Shown here one piece after another: positions 36,720-48,806 of a stretch of DNA of 64,000 bases. This stretch comes from Pristiophorus japonicus. Taxonomy: Eukaryota. The first letter of the stretch is position 1. Each line of letters opens with the position of its first letter. The DNA lies in NCBI RefSeq assembly GCF_044704955.1, contig NC_091997.1, positions 78,678,001-78,742,000 on the forward strand, in the 5' to 3' direction. The position numbers and the translations under genes were made by a program. The notes under the pieces are model-generated. The model was not told where the DNA came from and searched no databases. It worked only from the letters and a program-made list of their open reading frames with translations.

Positions 36720-38085
36720 TGAACATAAGAAATAGGAGCAGGAGTAGGCCATTTGGCCCCTCGACCCTGCTCCGCCATTTAATAAGATCATGGCTGATCT
36801 GCTCTTGGCCTCAATTCCACTTCCCTGCCCGCTCCCCATAACCCTTGACTCCCCTATTGTTCAAAAATCTATCTATCGCCACCTTAAATACATTCAATGA
36901 CCCAGCCTCCACAGTTCTCTGGGGAAGAGAATTCCAAAAATTCACAGACCTCTGAGAGAAGGTATTTGGTTAGGTTAGATAATTAAGCATGATTAACTGA
37001 TAAAGTAGATAGTTTGTAGGTAACTCACACTGGTTAGCAAGTAGGCAATTTCTTGTCATAACTAACGTGATAATTATTTTGGAAATGCAAACAGGTTTAA
37101 CCAGTAGATAAAGGTGATCAATTGAACATAAGAACAATTATATGTAGAAATATGTTTCAATAAGATCACCTCTTATTCTTCTGAACTCTAATGAGTATCG
37201 GCCCAACCTACTCACCCTATCTTCATAAGTCAACCCCCTCATCTCCGGAATCAACCTAGTGAACCTTCGCTGAACTGTCTCCAATGCAATTGTATTCACT
37301 TAGTGAGTTTGGGGGCAATGGGTGTGGCTGTGGCCATAGCTATCCCATAATGTCATGATTACATGAACATTTGGTTAAGTTATTAAAACGCTCCACCTCG
37401 TCACTAGTCAGCGATGATCCTGAGACAAGTTCTGATTCATCGCTGGCCTCAGGAAAACTTCTCCAATTGGATAGCGGCTAAAGGCACACAGACATTCAGA
37501 CCCGGAAGGCCCATGAAATGATTCCGGTCTGTGCTGAGTTAAATGATAAGAAAGAATTAAGAGCAGGATTAGGCCGTATGGCCCCTCGAGCCTGCTTCGC
37601 CGTTCAATATCATGGCTGATCATCGACCTCAACTCCACTTTCCCGCCCGAACTCCATACTTCCTGATTCCCCAAGAGTCCAAAAATCTGTCGATCTTAGC
37701 CTTGAATATATTCAGAGAAACAGCATCCACAGCCCTCTGGAGCACAGAATTCCAAACATTCACAACCCTCTGAGTAAAGAAATTCCTCTTCATCTTGGTC
37801 TTAAACCCCTTATCCTGAGACTGTGCTCCTAGTTCTAGACACTCCAGCCAGGGGGGAAACAACCTCTCAGCATCTACCCTGTCAATCCCCTTCAGAATCT
37901 TGTATTTACAATGAGGTCACCTCTCATTCTTCTAAACTCCAGAGAGTACAGGCTCATTCTACACAATCTTTCATTATAAAACAGCCCCCTCATTACAGGG
38001 ATCAGTCTCGTGAACTTTCATTGCACCGCCTCCAAGGCAAGTGTCTCCTTCCTTAGATAAGGAGACCAAAACTGTGCACAGTACA
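36720..38085 (-). mobile_element. Cluster of CR1 3' fragments (36720-36960, 37150-37290, 37545-38085)
   Basis: CR1 tails and RNFFTQRVVNVWNS peptides. Confidence 0.75.
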
Positions 38086-38238
38086 TCTTGCCTCCACTTC
38101 CTGATCATCCTTCCCGAGCCTTGGAGTTCTGCATGAGGCGGCAGGCACAGCTTGTCTGCCAAGGCAATGAGTTCTCAGTAGTTGCCAGTGTGCTGCCTGC
38201 ATCTTGTATTATCCAAGAACAGCCAGCTATGGGAAATT

Positions 38239-38488
38239 CTGAGGGTTGTGAATCTGTGGAATTCTCTGCCCAAGGAAGCAGTTGAGGCTAGCTCATTGAA
38301 TAGCTCAAGTCACAAATAGATAGATTTTTAACCAATAAGGGAATTAAGGGTTACGGGGAGCGGGCGGGTAAATGGAGCTGAGTCCACGGCCAGATCAGCC
38401 ATGATCTTGTTAAATGGCGGAGCAGGCTCGAGGGGCTAGATGGCCTACTCCTGTTCCTAATTCTTATGTTCTTATGTTCTTATGTTCT
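38239..38488 (+). mobile_element. CR1 3' end, same subfamily as 1101-4977
   Basis: Near-identical to 4760-4977; (ttcttatg)n tail. Confidence 0.85.
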
Positions 38489-38629
38489 AAGTGGAATGGC
38501 CCACCACCGAGCGCTGGAGGGCAACGCAAGATCGAGTGAACACAAAGCACAATGGTAAATGCAACAGAAATCATTGAAAGCGGTTGATGAGCCGTCATCA
38601 GCTCAGGATTAATGAGAGCCCAGTGGGGA

Positions 38630-39027
38630 CAACAACAACAATTTGTCATTCATTTAGCGCCTTCAACGTAGTGAAATGTCCCAATGCACTTCGCAGGAGT
38701 ATTATGAGATTTTAAAACATTGACACCGAGCTGCATAAGGAGAAATTAGGGCAGGGGAAGAGGTAGGTTTTAAGGAGCATCTTGAAAGAGGAAAGAGAGC
38801 TAGAGAGGCGGAGAGGTTTAGGCAGGGAGTTCCAGAGCTAGGCAACTGAATGCACGGCCACCAATGGTTGAGTGATTATAATCAGGGATGATGAAGAGGG
38901 TAGAATTAGAGGAGTGCAGACATCTCGGGGGTGGGGCAGGGGGGGGTGCTGGAGGAGATTACAAAGGTAGGAAGGGGCAAGGCTGTGGAGGGATTTGAAA
39001 ACAAGGATGAGAATTTTGAAATCGAGC
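38630..39027 (-). mobile_element. L2 3' fragment
   Basis: Paralogous to 16866-17280. Confidence 0.8.
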
Positions 39028-39362
39028 TATTAGGCCAACGAAAGTAAGCTATGCAATGGGGAAGGAAGTCTGTACATCAGGCAATTGCTGATTGCAGTAA
39101 TACCTCGGGGCAACATTCCAAAGCTGAAACTTGAACCTATACCTGAGGCAGAGGAAGGCCTCATGTGGCACTGAAAGTTACTTGATCTACTGCTGGCTAT
39201 TTTGGTGTACAATGATTATATCATATCACAGTTTTGAACACTTTAGCTGTATAACAAATGGATCACCTTGAGTTCAAATTGCAGGCAATGGAGAGTTGTA
39301 TTTAAGGCTCACGTTTCCAGTGCTCCAGCAGCCAATTTAGACATGTCTCAGATGTATGTTTA

Positions 39363-39845
39363 AAGAAAGAAAAGAAAGACTTGCATTTATATAGCGCCTT
39401 TCACACCACCGGACGTCTCAAAGCACTTTACAGCCAATGAAGTACTTTTGGAGTGTAGTCGCTGTTGTAATGTAGAAAACGCAGCAGCCAATTTGCACAC
39501 AGCAAGCTCCCACAAACAGTAATGTGATAATGACCAGATAATCTGGCATTTTTTAATGTTAATTGAGGGATAATATTGGCCAGGACGCCGGGGATAACTC
39601 CCCTGCTCTTCTTCAAACTAGCACCACTGGGTCTTTTACATCCACCTGAGAGAGCAGACGGAGCCTCAGTTAACGTCTCACCTAAAAGGCGGCACCTCCA
39701 ACAGAGCAGCACTCCCTCAGCACTGCACTGGGAGTGTCAGCCTAGATTTTTTATCTTCTCAAATTCCAGGAGTGGGAACCTTCTGACTCCGAAGCTACAA
39801 CCTTCTGACTCAGAAGCAAGTGTGCTACCAACTGAGTCACAGCTG
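39363..39845 (-). mobile_element. DeuSINE, full length
   Basis: Head, Deu core and tail present. Confidence 0.88.
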
Positions 39846-39895
39846 AAACATTTAGTCTACAATGACCACAATGCGTCTACTGCACGTGAAAGATG

Positions 39896-41776
39896 TGTGG
39901 AATGCCCCCTCGCCCCATCCGACAGTTTATAGAGTTCAGACTTGTAGAACAGACAACTCAAAACAAAGATTTCTGGAATAAGTTCTCTTTACTTCAAATC
40001 AACAAAAGATTACAAGTAAGAATCTAACATGTACCGTTGCACACAGTAATCCCGGATTACGAATAAGCATACACAGATCTATTCCTTCAATTAAAATTCA
40101 AGCGATCATATGCAAAAACTCACACGCATTAACACCAGTGAGTGGTCGGTTCGGCAGTGACTAGATGTGGCTCTTTAACTGGCAACTCACCAAATTGCCC
40201 CCCGAGTGTCTTTTCGCTACATTTTTTATACCCCCCCAAACTGGGCAGTCCCTTAATGCCCAGGGACTGGGCCCCATTCAGTAGTAGTTATTCTTTGCTT
40301 CCCCTTATCAATCAACTAGTCAGTTTCCACATGTATGCTGATGACACCCAGCTATACCACAATACCACTTCTCTTGACCCCGCCACGGTCTCTAACTTGT
40401 CAGGCTGCTTGTCCGACATCTAGTTCTGGATGAGCAGAAATTTCCTCCAAATGAATATTGACAAGCCATTGTTTTCGGTCCCCGCCATGAACTTCATTCC
40501 CTAGCCACTGACTCCATCCCTCTCCCCAACTTCTGTCTGAGGTTGGACCAGGCTCTTCAACATTGTTGTCATACTTAACCCTGAAATAAATTTACGCCTA
40601 CATATCCGCAGCTTAACTAAGACCGCCTATTTCCACCTCCATAATATCGCCTGGCTCCGCCTTTGCTTCAGCTCATCGGCTGCTGAAACCCTCATCCATG
40701 CCTTTGTTTCTCTAGACGTGACTCTTCCAATGCACTCCTGGCTGGCCTCCCACATTCTACCCTACATAAACTAGAGATGATCCAAAACTCAGCTGCCCGT
40801 GTCCTAACTTGCAACAAATCCCGCTCACCCATCATCATCATCATAGGCGGTCCCTCAAACGAGGATGACTTGCTTCCACATGAGTTCACAGATGTTTCAA
40901 TGAAGGACCCGATGTTCCAGTTCTGAACTCCAGTTGAGGGGGTGGAAGATGCCTGTGCGTGAATTTTTTTTAACGTGTGGTGACCGTTGTGACAGAGCTA
41001 GGCCTTTATCCAGTGGCAAGGATTAACCAGGACGACGGACCTCGTGCACACACATATCACCCATCATCCCTGTGCTCACTGACCTACATTGGCTTCCGGT
41101 TAAGCAATGCCTCAATTTCAAAATTCTCATCCTTATTTTCAAATCCCTCCATGGTCTCGCCCCTCCCTATCTCTGTAATCTCCTCCACCCCCACAATCCC
41201 CGAGATCTCTGTGTTCCTCTAATTCTGCCCTCTGATTATAATCGCTCAACCATTGGTGGCCGTGTTTTCTGTTGCCTAGGCCCCAAACTCTGGAACTCCC
41301 TGCCTAAATCTCTCTGCCTCTCAACCTCTCTTTCCTCCTTTAAGACGCTCCTTAAAACCTACCTCTTTGACCAAGCTTTTGGTCACCCTGCACTAATTTC
41401 TACTTATGCGGCTTGGTGTCAAATTGTTTTATCTCATAATACTCCTGTGAAGCGCCTTGGGACATTTCACTACGTTAAAGATACTATATAAATACAAGTT
41501 GTTTTTGTTTGTAGTTGTCAGTGGGGCCCCAAAATTGGAGACTCCATGTCTGCAATGCTCTTAAGATCTGAAGGCCTGCTATCTCCCTTATCTGTGCTTA
41601 GCACCTGCAGCCACAGCCATTTGTTCTGCCTTGCTTATCTGTGAGAAACAGCTCACAGTGGTCAGCAGTTTTATTTCACATTTGTTCAGCAGAAAGTTCT
41701 GTTGGCCTTGCAAGGCATGCTGGTGCATAAAATTTAGTCAACTTTAAGGTTGGTCAAGTTACAGCATACGTTCACA
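39896..41776 (-). mobile_element. Possible ERV-like solo LTR split by an L2
   Basis: TGTG...CACA ends; minus-strand TATAAAA at ~40225 and AGTAAA at ~39988; no clean TSD. Confidence 0.4.
40318..41510 (+). mobile_element. L2 3' part containing an RTE-tailed SINE copy (40836-41055, minus strand)
   Basis: FHMYADDTQLY and LHWLPV...FKIL peptides; TSD tcacccatcat around the SINE. Confidence 0.88.
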
Positions 41777-42022
41777 AAAACCTTACACGTGTCGGACAAT
41801 GAGCACACATCGATTGCAACAAAATACTGCACCAATACATAGTTAACTAAGAGGACAAACTTGCATTTGTACAGTATATTTCATGATTATGAGAATGTTC
41901 CAAAGCAATTCAGTCAATGTATTACTTCTGAAGTGCAGTCACGTAATTTGCCCGGAGCAAGGTCCCACAGAACCTGGTAACACTCTGCAACTCAAGCAAT
42001 ATCTGTGGACAGAGGAAAGCAG

Positions 42023-42059
42023 GGTTAACATTTCAGGTCGATGAACTTTCGTCAGAACC
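42023..42059 (-). ncRNA. Minimal hammerhead ribozyme motif in a Penelope terminal fragment (~41970-42095)
   Basis: GGUU-CUGACGA-A-AGUUC-AUC-GACCU-GAAA-UGUU-AACC. Confidence 0.6.
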
Positions 42060-44497
42060 TGATGTCTAGCATCGGCAGCATTTTGCATTTTTGTTGTAAT
42101 GATTTCAATCCACCTGGGCAGGTGGACGAGTCCTCGGTTTAACATCTTGTCTAAAAATACAGAACTCCTTTGGCACTTCACTGAGGTGTCAGCCTAAATT
42201 ATATGCTTAAGTCCTGACATGGGGCTTGTATCTAATTAGTCACATTGGATTCCCAATGAGCCACATGTTCGTGTAGCATAGCATAGTAATGGTACCATAG
42301 TGGAAATGTTACAGGACTAGTGATCCAGAGACGTGAATTCAAATCCCACCAGCTGGGGAATTTGAAATTCAGTTAATTAAATAAATCTGGAATAAAAAGC
42401 TGGTATCAGTAATGGTGACCGTGAAATGATCTGATTGTCGTTAAAACCCATCAGTTCACTAATGTCCTTTAGGGAAGGAAATCTGCCGCCCTTACCAGGT
42501 CCGGCCTATATGTGACTCCAGACCCACAGCAATGTGGTTGACTTTGAACTGTCCTCTGAAATGGCCCAGCGAGCCCCTCAGTTGTAACAAAAACTGCTAC
42601 GAGAAACAATAAGAAAAAAAAAACGGACGGACCACCCGGCATCGACCTCATCACTGGCTACGGACACGACAATGGCACACCCTGCAAAGTCCTCCTCACC
42701 AACATCTGGGGACTTGTGCCAAAATTGGGAGAGATGTCCCACAGATTAGTCAAGCAAGAGCCTGACATATTCATACTCATAGAATCATACCTTTCAGCCA
42801 CTATCCCAGACTCCTCCATCACTATCCCTGGGTGTGTCCTGTCCCACCGGCAGGACAGACCCACCAGGGGTGGTGGCACTGTGGTACACAGTCCGGGAAG
42901 GAGTGTCCCTGGGAGTCCTCAATGTGTCATGGCTTCAGGTCAAGCATGGGCAAGGAAACCTCCTACTGATTACCACCGACCGCCCTCCCGCAGCTGATGA
43001 ATCAGTGCTCCTCCATATTGACCACTTGGAAGAAGCACTGAGAGTAGCAAGGGCACAGAACGTACTCTGGGGGACTTCAATGTCCATCACCAAGAGTGGC
43101 TCGCTAGCACCACTACTGACCGAGCTGGCCGAGTCCTGAAGGACATAGCTGCCAGACTGGGCCTGCGGCAGGTGGTGAGAGAACCAACACGAGGGAAAAA
43201 CCTACTTGACCTCATCCTCACCAGTTTACCTGTCGCAGACGCATCTGTCCATGACAGCATTGGTAGCAGTGACCATCGCATGGTCAGTGTGGAGACAAAG
43301 TTCCATCTTCACACTGAGGACACCATCCATCGTGTTGTGTGGCACTACCACCGTGCTGAATGGGGTAGCTTCAGAACAGACCTAGCAGCTCAAAATTGGG
43401 CATCCGTGAGGCGCTGTGAGCCATCAGCAGCAGCAGAATTGTATTCCACCACAATCTGTAACCTCATGGCTCAGTATATCCCTCACTCTACCATTATCAT
43501 CAAGCCAGGGGACCAACCCTGGTTCAATGAGGAGTGTAGAAGAGCATGCCAGGTGCAGCACCAGGCGTACCTAAAAATGAGGTGCCAACCTGGGGAAGCT
43601 ACAACACAGGACTACATGTATACTAAACAGCGGAAGCAGCATGCTATAGACAGGGCTAAGCGATCCCACAATCAATGGATCAGATCAAAGCTCTGCAGTC
43701 CTGCCACATCCAGTCGTGAACGATGGTGGACCATTAAACAACTAACAGGAGAAGGAGGCTCCAAGAATATTCCCATTCTCAATGATGGCAGAGCCCAGCA
43801 CGTGAGTGCAAAAGAGTGTAGATTTGCAACAATCTTCAGCCAGAAGTGCCGAGTGGATGATCCATATCAGCCTCTTCCTGAGGTCCCCACCATCACAGAA
43901 GCCAATCTTCAGTCAATTTGATTCACTCCACGTGATATCAAGAAATGGCTGAGTGCACTGGATACAGCAAAGGTTATGGGCCCCGACAATATCCCGGCTG
44001 TCGTGCTGAAGGCTGGTGATCCAGAACTAGCCGTGCCTTTAGCCAAGCTGTTCCAGTACAGCTACAACACCGGCATCTACCCGTCAATGTGGAAAACTGC
44101 CCAGGTATGTCCTGTCCACAAAAGGCAGGACAAATCCAATCCGGCCAATTACCGCCCCATCAGTCTACTCTCAATCATCGCAAAGTGATGGAAGGTGTCG
44201 TCGACAGTGCTAGCAAGTGTCACTTACTCACCAATAACCTGCTCACCGATGCCCAGTTTGGGTTCCGCCAGGACCACTCGGCTCCATACCTCAGTACAGC
44301 CTTGGGCCAAACATGAACAAAAGAGCTGAATTCCAGAGGTGAGGTGAGAGTGACTGCCCTTGACATCAAGGCAGCATTTGACCGTGGCACCAAGGAGCCC
44401 TAGCAAAACTGGTCAATGGGAATTAGGGGGAAAACTCTCCACAGGCTGGAGTCATAGCTAACACAAAGCTAGTGGTTAGAGATCAATCATCTCAGAT

Positions 44498-45138
44498 TGT
44501 TGTAGGGCGCTTCCGAAAGCAAAGGCACCTGCAGGGTATATGTATGTATGTATGTATAAAATGGCTGCTAGATATAAAATGGCTGCCAGAGATTCTGCAA
44601 AGTATCAGGGGGGCACAACTGGCTGATTTGACCACATTCCTAGGTAACTGATAGAACTGTGTTTCTCACACAGGCACACACAATTAAATCCAAATCAGCA
44701 CATTCTGAAGCCCAGACCAGATGTCTCTGCCCAATGATACAGAATGGGATTCTGTAATTGTATTAAGATAAGAAAGCTAGGCTCAGGCAGAACCCAAGGA
44801 CAGTAGAGATAAGGGGGTGTCTGGAGAACATCACGAGGGCATGAGATGATCATGCCGTCCCCTGGTGCCTGGCGAGGGGGGCCAACTCCATTGGCCCAGA
44901 GGAATCGATTTGTAATCTATACTTGTTATGATTGGATTGTGTCCAGCCAAAGTAGGCCGTGTAGCTGTAGCAAACTGTTGTAAAACATATACGTATCAAT
45001 GAATTCCTTTGTTCAGTGGAGAGAAATGCCTGGAGTAACCCAGAGGCTTCCTCCCCGTCGGCATAATAAAGATCATTTTGATGTTGGAACCGACCCAGAG
45101 TGACGAGTGATTCTTCCAGGAAAACATTTGAGCTAACA
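44498..45138 (+). mobile_element. Solo LTR (641 bp, ERV-like) inserted in the LINE RT
   Basis: TGTT...TAACA termini, AATAAA at 45066, imperfect TSD cagat/cagcc; the host LINE resumes afterwards. Confidence 0.75.
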
Positions 45139-45471
45139 CAGCCCCAGGACTTCACTGCAGGAGTTCCTCAGAGCAGTGTCCTAGGCCCAATCATCTTCAG
45201 CTGCTTCATCAATGACCTTCCCTCCATCATCAGGTCAGAAGTGGGGATGTTCGCTGATGACTGCACAGTGTTCAGTGCCATTCGCAACTCCCCAGATAAT
45301 GAAGCAGTCCGTGCCCGCATGCACCAAGACCTGCACAACATTCAGGCTTGGGCTGGTAAGTGGCAAATAACATTCGCGCTACACAAGTGTCAGGCAATGA
45401 CTATCTCCAACAAGCAAGAGTCTAATCACCTCCCCTTAACATTCAACGGCCTTAACATCATCGAATCATCG

Positions 45472-45878
45472 AAACATAGAAAATAGGTGCAGGAGTAGGC
45501 CATTCGGCCCTTCTAGCCTGCACCGCCATTCAATGAGTTCATGGCTGAACATGCAACTTCAGTACCCCATTCTTGCTTTCTCACCATACCCCTTGATTCC
45601 CCTAGTAGTAAGGACTTCATCTAACTCCTTTTTGAATATATTTAGTGAATTGGCCTCAACAACTTTCTGTGGTAGAGAATTCCACAGGTTCACCACTCTC
45701 TGGGTGAAGAAATTCCTCCTCATCTCGGTCCTAAATGGCTTCCCCCTTATCCTTAGACTGTGTCCCCTGGTTCTGGACTTCCCCAACATTGGGAACATTC
45801 TTCCTGCATCTAACCTGTCTAACCCCGTCAGAATTTTAAACGTTTCTATGAGGTCTCCTTTCATTCTTCTGAACTCCA
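45472..45878 (-). mobile_element. CR1 3' fragment nested in the LINE
   Basis: Near-identical to 12660-13065. Confidence 0.9.
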
Positions 45879-46931
45879 TCAACATCCTGGGGATCATCAT
45901 TGACCAGAAACTTAACTGGACCAGCCACATAAATACTGTGGCAACAAGAGCAGTCAGAGGCTGGGTATTCTGCGGTGAGTGTCTCACCTCCTGACTCCCC
46001 AAAGCCTTTCCACCATCTACAAGGCACAAGTCAGGAGTGTGATGGAATACTCTCCACTTGCCTGGATGAGTGCAGCTCCAACAACACTTAAGAAGCTCGA
46101 CACCATCCAAGACAAAGTAGTCTGCTTGATTGGCACTCCATCCACCACTTTAAACATTCACTCCCTCCACCACTGGTGCACCGTGGCTACACTGTGTACC
46201 ATCTACAAGATGCACTGCAGCAACTCGCCAAGGCTTCTTCGGCAGCACCTCCCAAACCTGCGTTCTCCCCCAAGTCACACACCATCCTGACTTGGAAATA
46301 TATTGTCCGTTCCTTCATCGTCACTGGATCAAAATACTGGAACTCCCTCCCTAACAGCACTGTGGGAGCACCTTCACTACACGGACTGCAGCGGTTCAAG
46401 AAGGTGACTCACCACCACCTTTTCAAGGGGCAATTAGGGATGGGCAATAAATGCCGGCCTTGCCAGCGACACCCACATCCCATGAATGAATAAATAAAAA
46501 ATGGTATACTTCTCCTGTCAATATAAAACAGCACATCTTCTAACTTACTGTGAACAACACAAGCAATCCAACAAACTTTAGAAATTTGTGTTACTTTTCA
46601 GCTTAAAGCCAGGGCTGCAGTTTTCCCCTCAGCATGCTCAGTTTTTTTAGTTGGCTCTACTGGTCTTACACACATTCAGTGGGGTCAGCTTTTCAAGTCA
46701 CCGCTTGCAGCGGGTAGGAGCTGGGTGGAGCAAGCATGCCGGAAATATTTTAATGATCAGGCCTCATTTGAGGCCTATCAGGCAATTCACCAAATCAGAA
46801 GCCATGGGGAATCCGGGCAGCTCCATCGCAGGTAAGTCAAAGGAAAAGAGGCGATCCCGGGGGAGTGTATAACTTAAAATACTTATCTGATAATCTATAA
46901 AGTATTGTCCGAGATAAACCGATCCAAGAAA

Positions 46932-47381
46932 GGAAAATGAAAGACTTGTATTTATATAGCACGTTTCATGACCACCGGATGTCTCAAAGCGCTTTACAGC
47001 CAATGAAGTACTTTTGGAGCGTAGTCACTGTTGTAATGTAGGAAACGCAGCAGCCAATTCGCATACAAGCAAGCTCTCACAAACAGCAATGTGATAATGA
47101 CCAGATAATCTGTTTTTGTTATGCTGATTGAGGGATAAATATTGGCCAGCACACCGGGGATAACTCCCACTGCTCTTCTTCAAAATAGTGCCATGGGGTC
47201 TTTTACGCCCACCTGAAGAGCAGACAGGGCCTCAGTTTAACATCTCATCCAAAAGACAGCACAGTGCAGCACTGGGAGTGTCAGCCTAGAATTTTGTGCT
47301 CAAGTCTCTGGAGTGGGACTCAAACCCCACAACCTTCTGACTCAGAGACAGGAGTGTTACCCACTGGGCCACTAGCTGACA
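46932..47381 (-). mobile_element. DeuSINE
   Basis: Head, Deu core and tail present. Confidence 0.88.
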
Positions 47382-47719
47382 CTGGAATCTAGCCAAAGTT
47401 CTGGGCATTTCCCAACTGTAGTATATTTTCAGACAGTGGATTCAGCAGAATTGGCAATGGACAATTTTCCCTGTGTTTTACATGCTTCTATAAAAATGTT
47501 ATTTGGCAATTTCAAAGTTGTGACACCAGGCAACACAACCAAGCACAGGGAGCTGAAGTAGCACCATCCGAAATCAAGGAGAAATGCTGAGAAAATAATG
47601 CTTAACTCAAGACTTCCTGGGCTGTGAAGAGTTGTGGTCCCAGGCAGAGGTCTCTGACGTATACTACAATGATACTTGAAACCTTAGCTGAGCTATGTTG
47701 GTGAATGCCTCAAATCATG

Positions 47720-48300
47720 CAGGCACTGAATGTATTGCTTCGACATATTAATGGCACTTGATTATTTTGTGAACTGCTGCACTTCATTACTCCTGTGCTC
47801 ACGTTTAGTCCTGGGACACCTAAACAGTGTTACAATCCATAGCTCCAGAGGATAGCCTTGATCATGCGGGAACAATTCTAAGACTTGCTTAATATCGGTG
47901 GCATAAAAAGGTATCCCGACAGCTGCCTGGGAAACAGGTGTTAACTTGCATCATCCAGTTCTGAAGATCAGAAATTGCTGGATGTTCAGGGAATGGAATC
48001 CTTTCCGATTGGTACATAGGTCATGACATTGTGCAAGGAAGTGCATGAGGCCACATTGGTGCAACCAGCAACTCTCTGGACTTTCAGAAAACTTGCCATT
48101 CTACAATTGCAGAGCCATCTGATCCTGATTTCAGTTGTCCACTGTGTGACTGTGTATGAACTGTGTGACTCGAGGAAGCAATGCATCTGGTGACTTCCTT
48201 CACATATTTTATGCACAGCTCACGATGCTTTATATTTGCAAATTCTTCTGCAGGCTTTTATAACCCACCTGATTACGAGCAGTACCTGGGCCATAATGTC
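47720..48300 (-). pseudogene. Fossil PIF/Harbinger (HARBI1-like) transposase
   Basis: Frameshifted blocks in the correct order: AVHK/YVKEVT, FLKVQRVAGCTNVA, NRKGFHSLNIQ, FPGSCRDTF, DQGYPLELWIVT...EHRSNE. Confidence 0.75.
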
Positions 48301-48806
48301 GGACATGGCGTCTGTAATTCTTCCTTATCTTGTTTAAACCATCCTCAAGGTCGCCTTGATTTTTAGCAGTCTATTGTTTTCAAGAGCTTATCACGCGCTT
48401 TGTGATGTAGATGTCTGTCTGCCTGCAATCCTCTTCACACAATGTCCTTCCTTGTTCTTTGGTACTTTGCCATATCAGCCCAAGGTTTTGCATTCGTGCC
48501 GTATAGACATCTTTATATAAACGACAATTCACTCTCTATATAGCAGAATTTCAAACATTTTGTCTTTGCCAGAGATGTCCTTGTTACAATCTCTTTGGAG
48601 CCAGTACAATCGCAACCCACATTTTTCTTTCACAGGCACATGTATTTCAATTTCCATGAGAATTTAACCTTTGCCCATATAAACTTAATTTTATTAATTT
48701 TAGTTAGCATAATACAATGATTCATAATAAATGTGTTTATATATAATATATTGCATATATGTGTGTATACAACACCATCAAGTGAACGACAATGCTTCCT
48801 TGCAGT

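Larger units (their letters stand above)
42285..46500 (+). mobile_element. CR1/L2-group LINE with a tRNA-like 5' head and a single APE-RT ORF, decayed
   Basis: Degenerate A/B boxes at 42293-42346; APE (GDFN, LDLILT, SDH); RT (NYRPISLLS, QFGFR, FADD); 3' end cccacatcccatgaatgaataaataaaaa. Confidence 0.85.
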
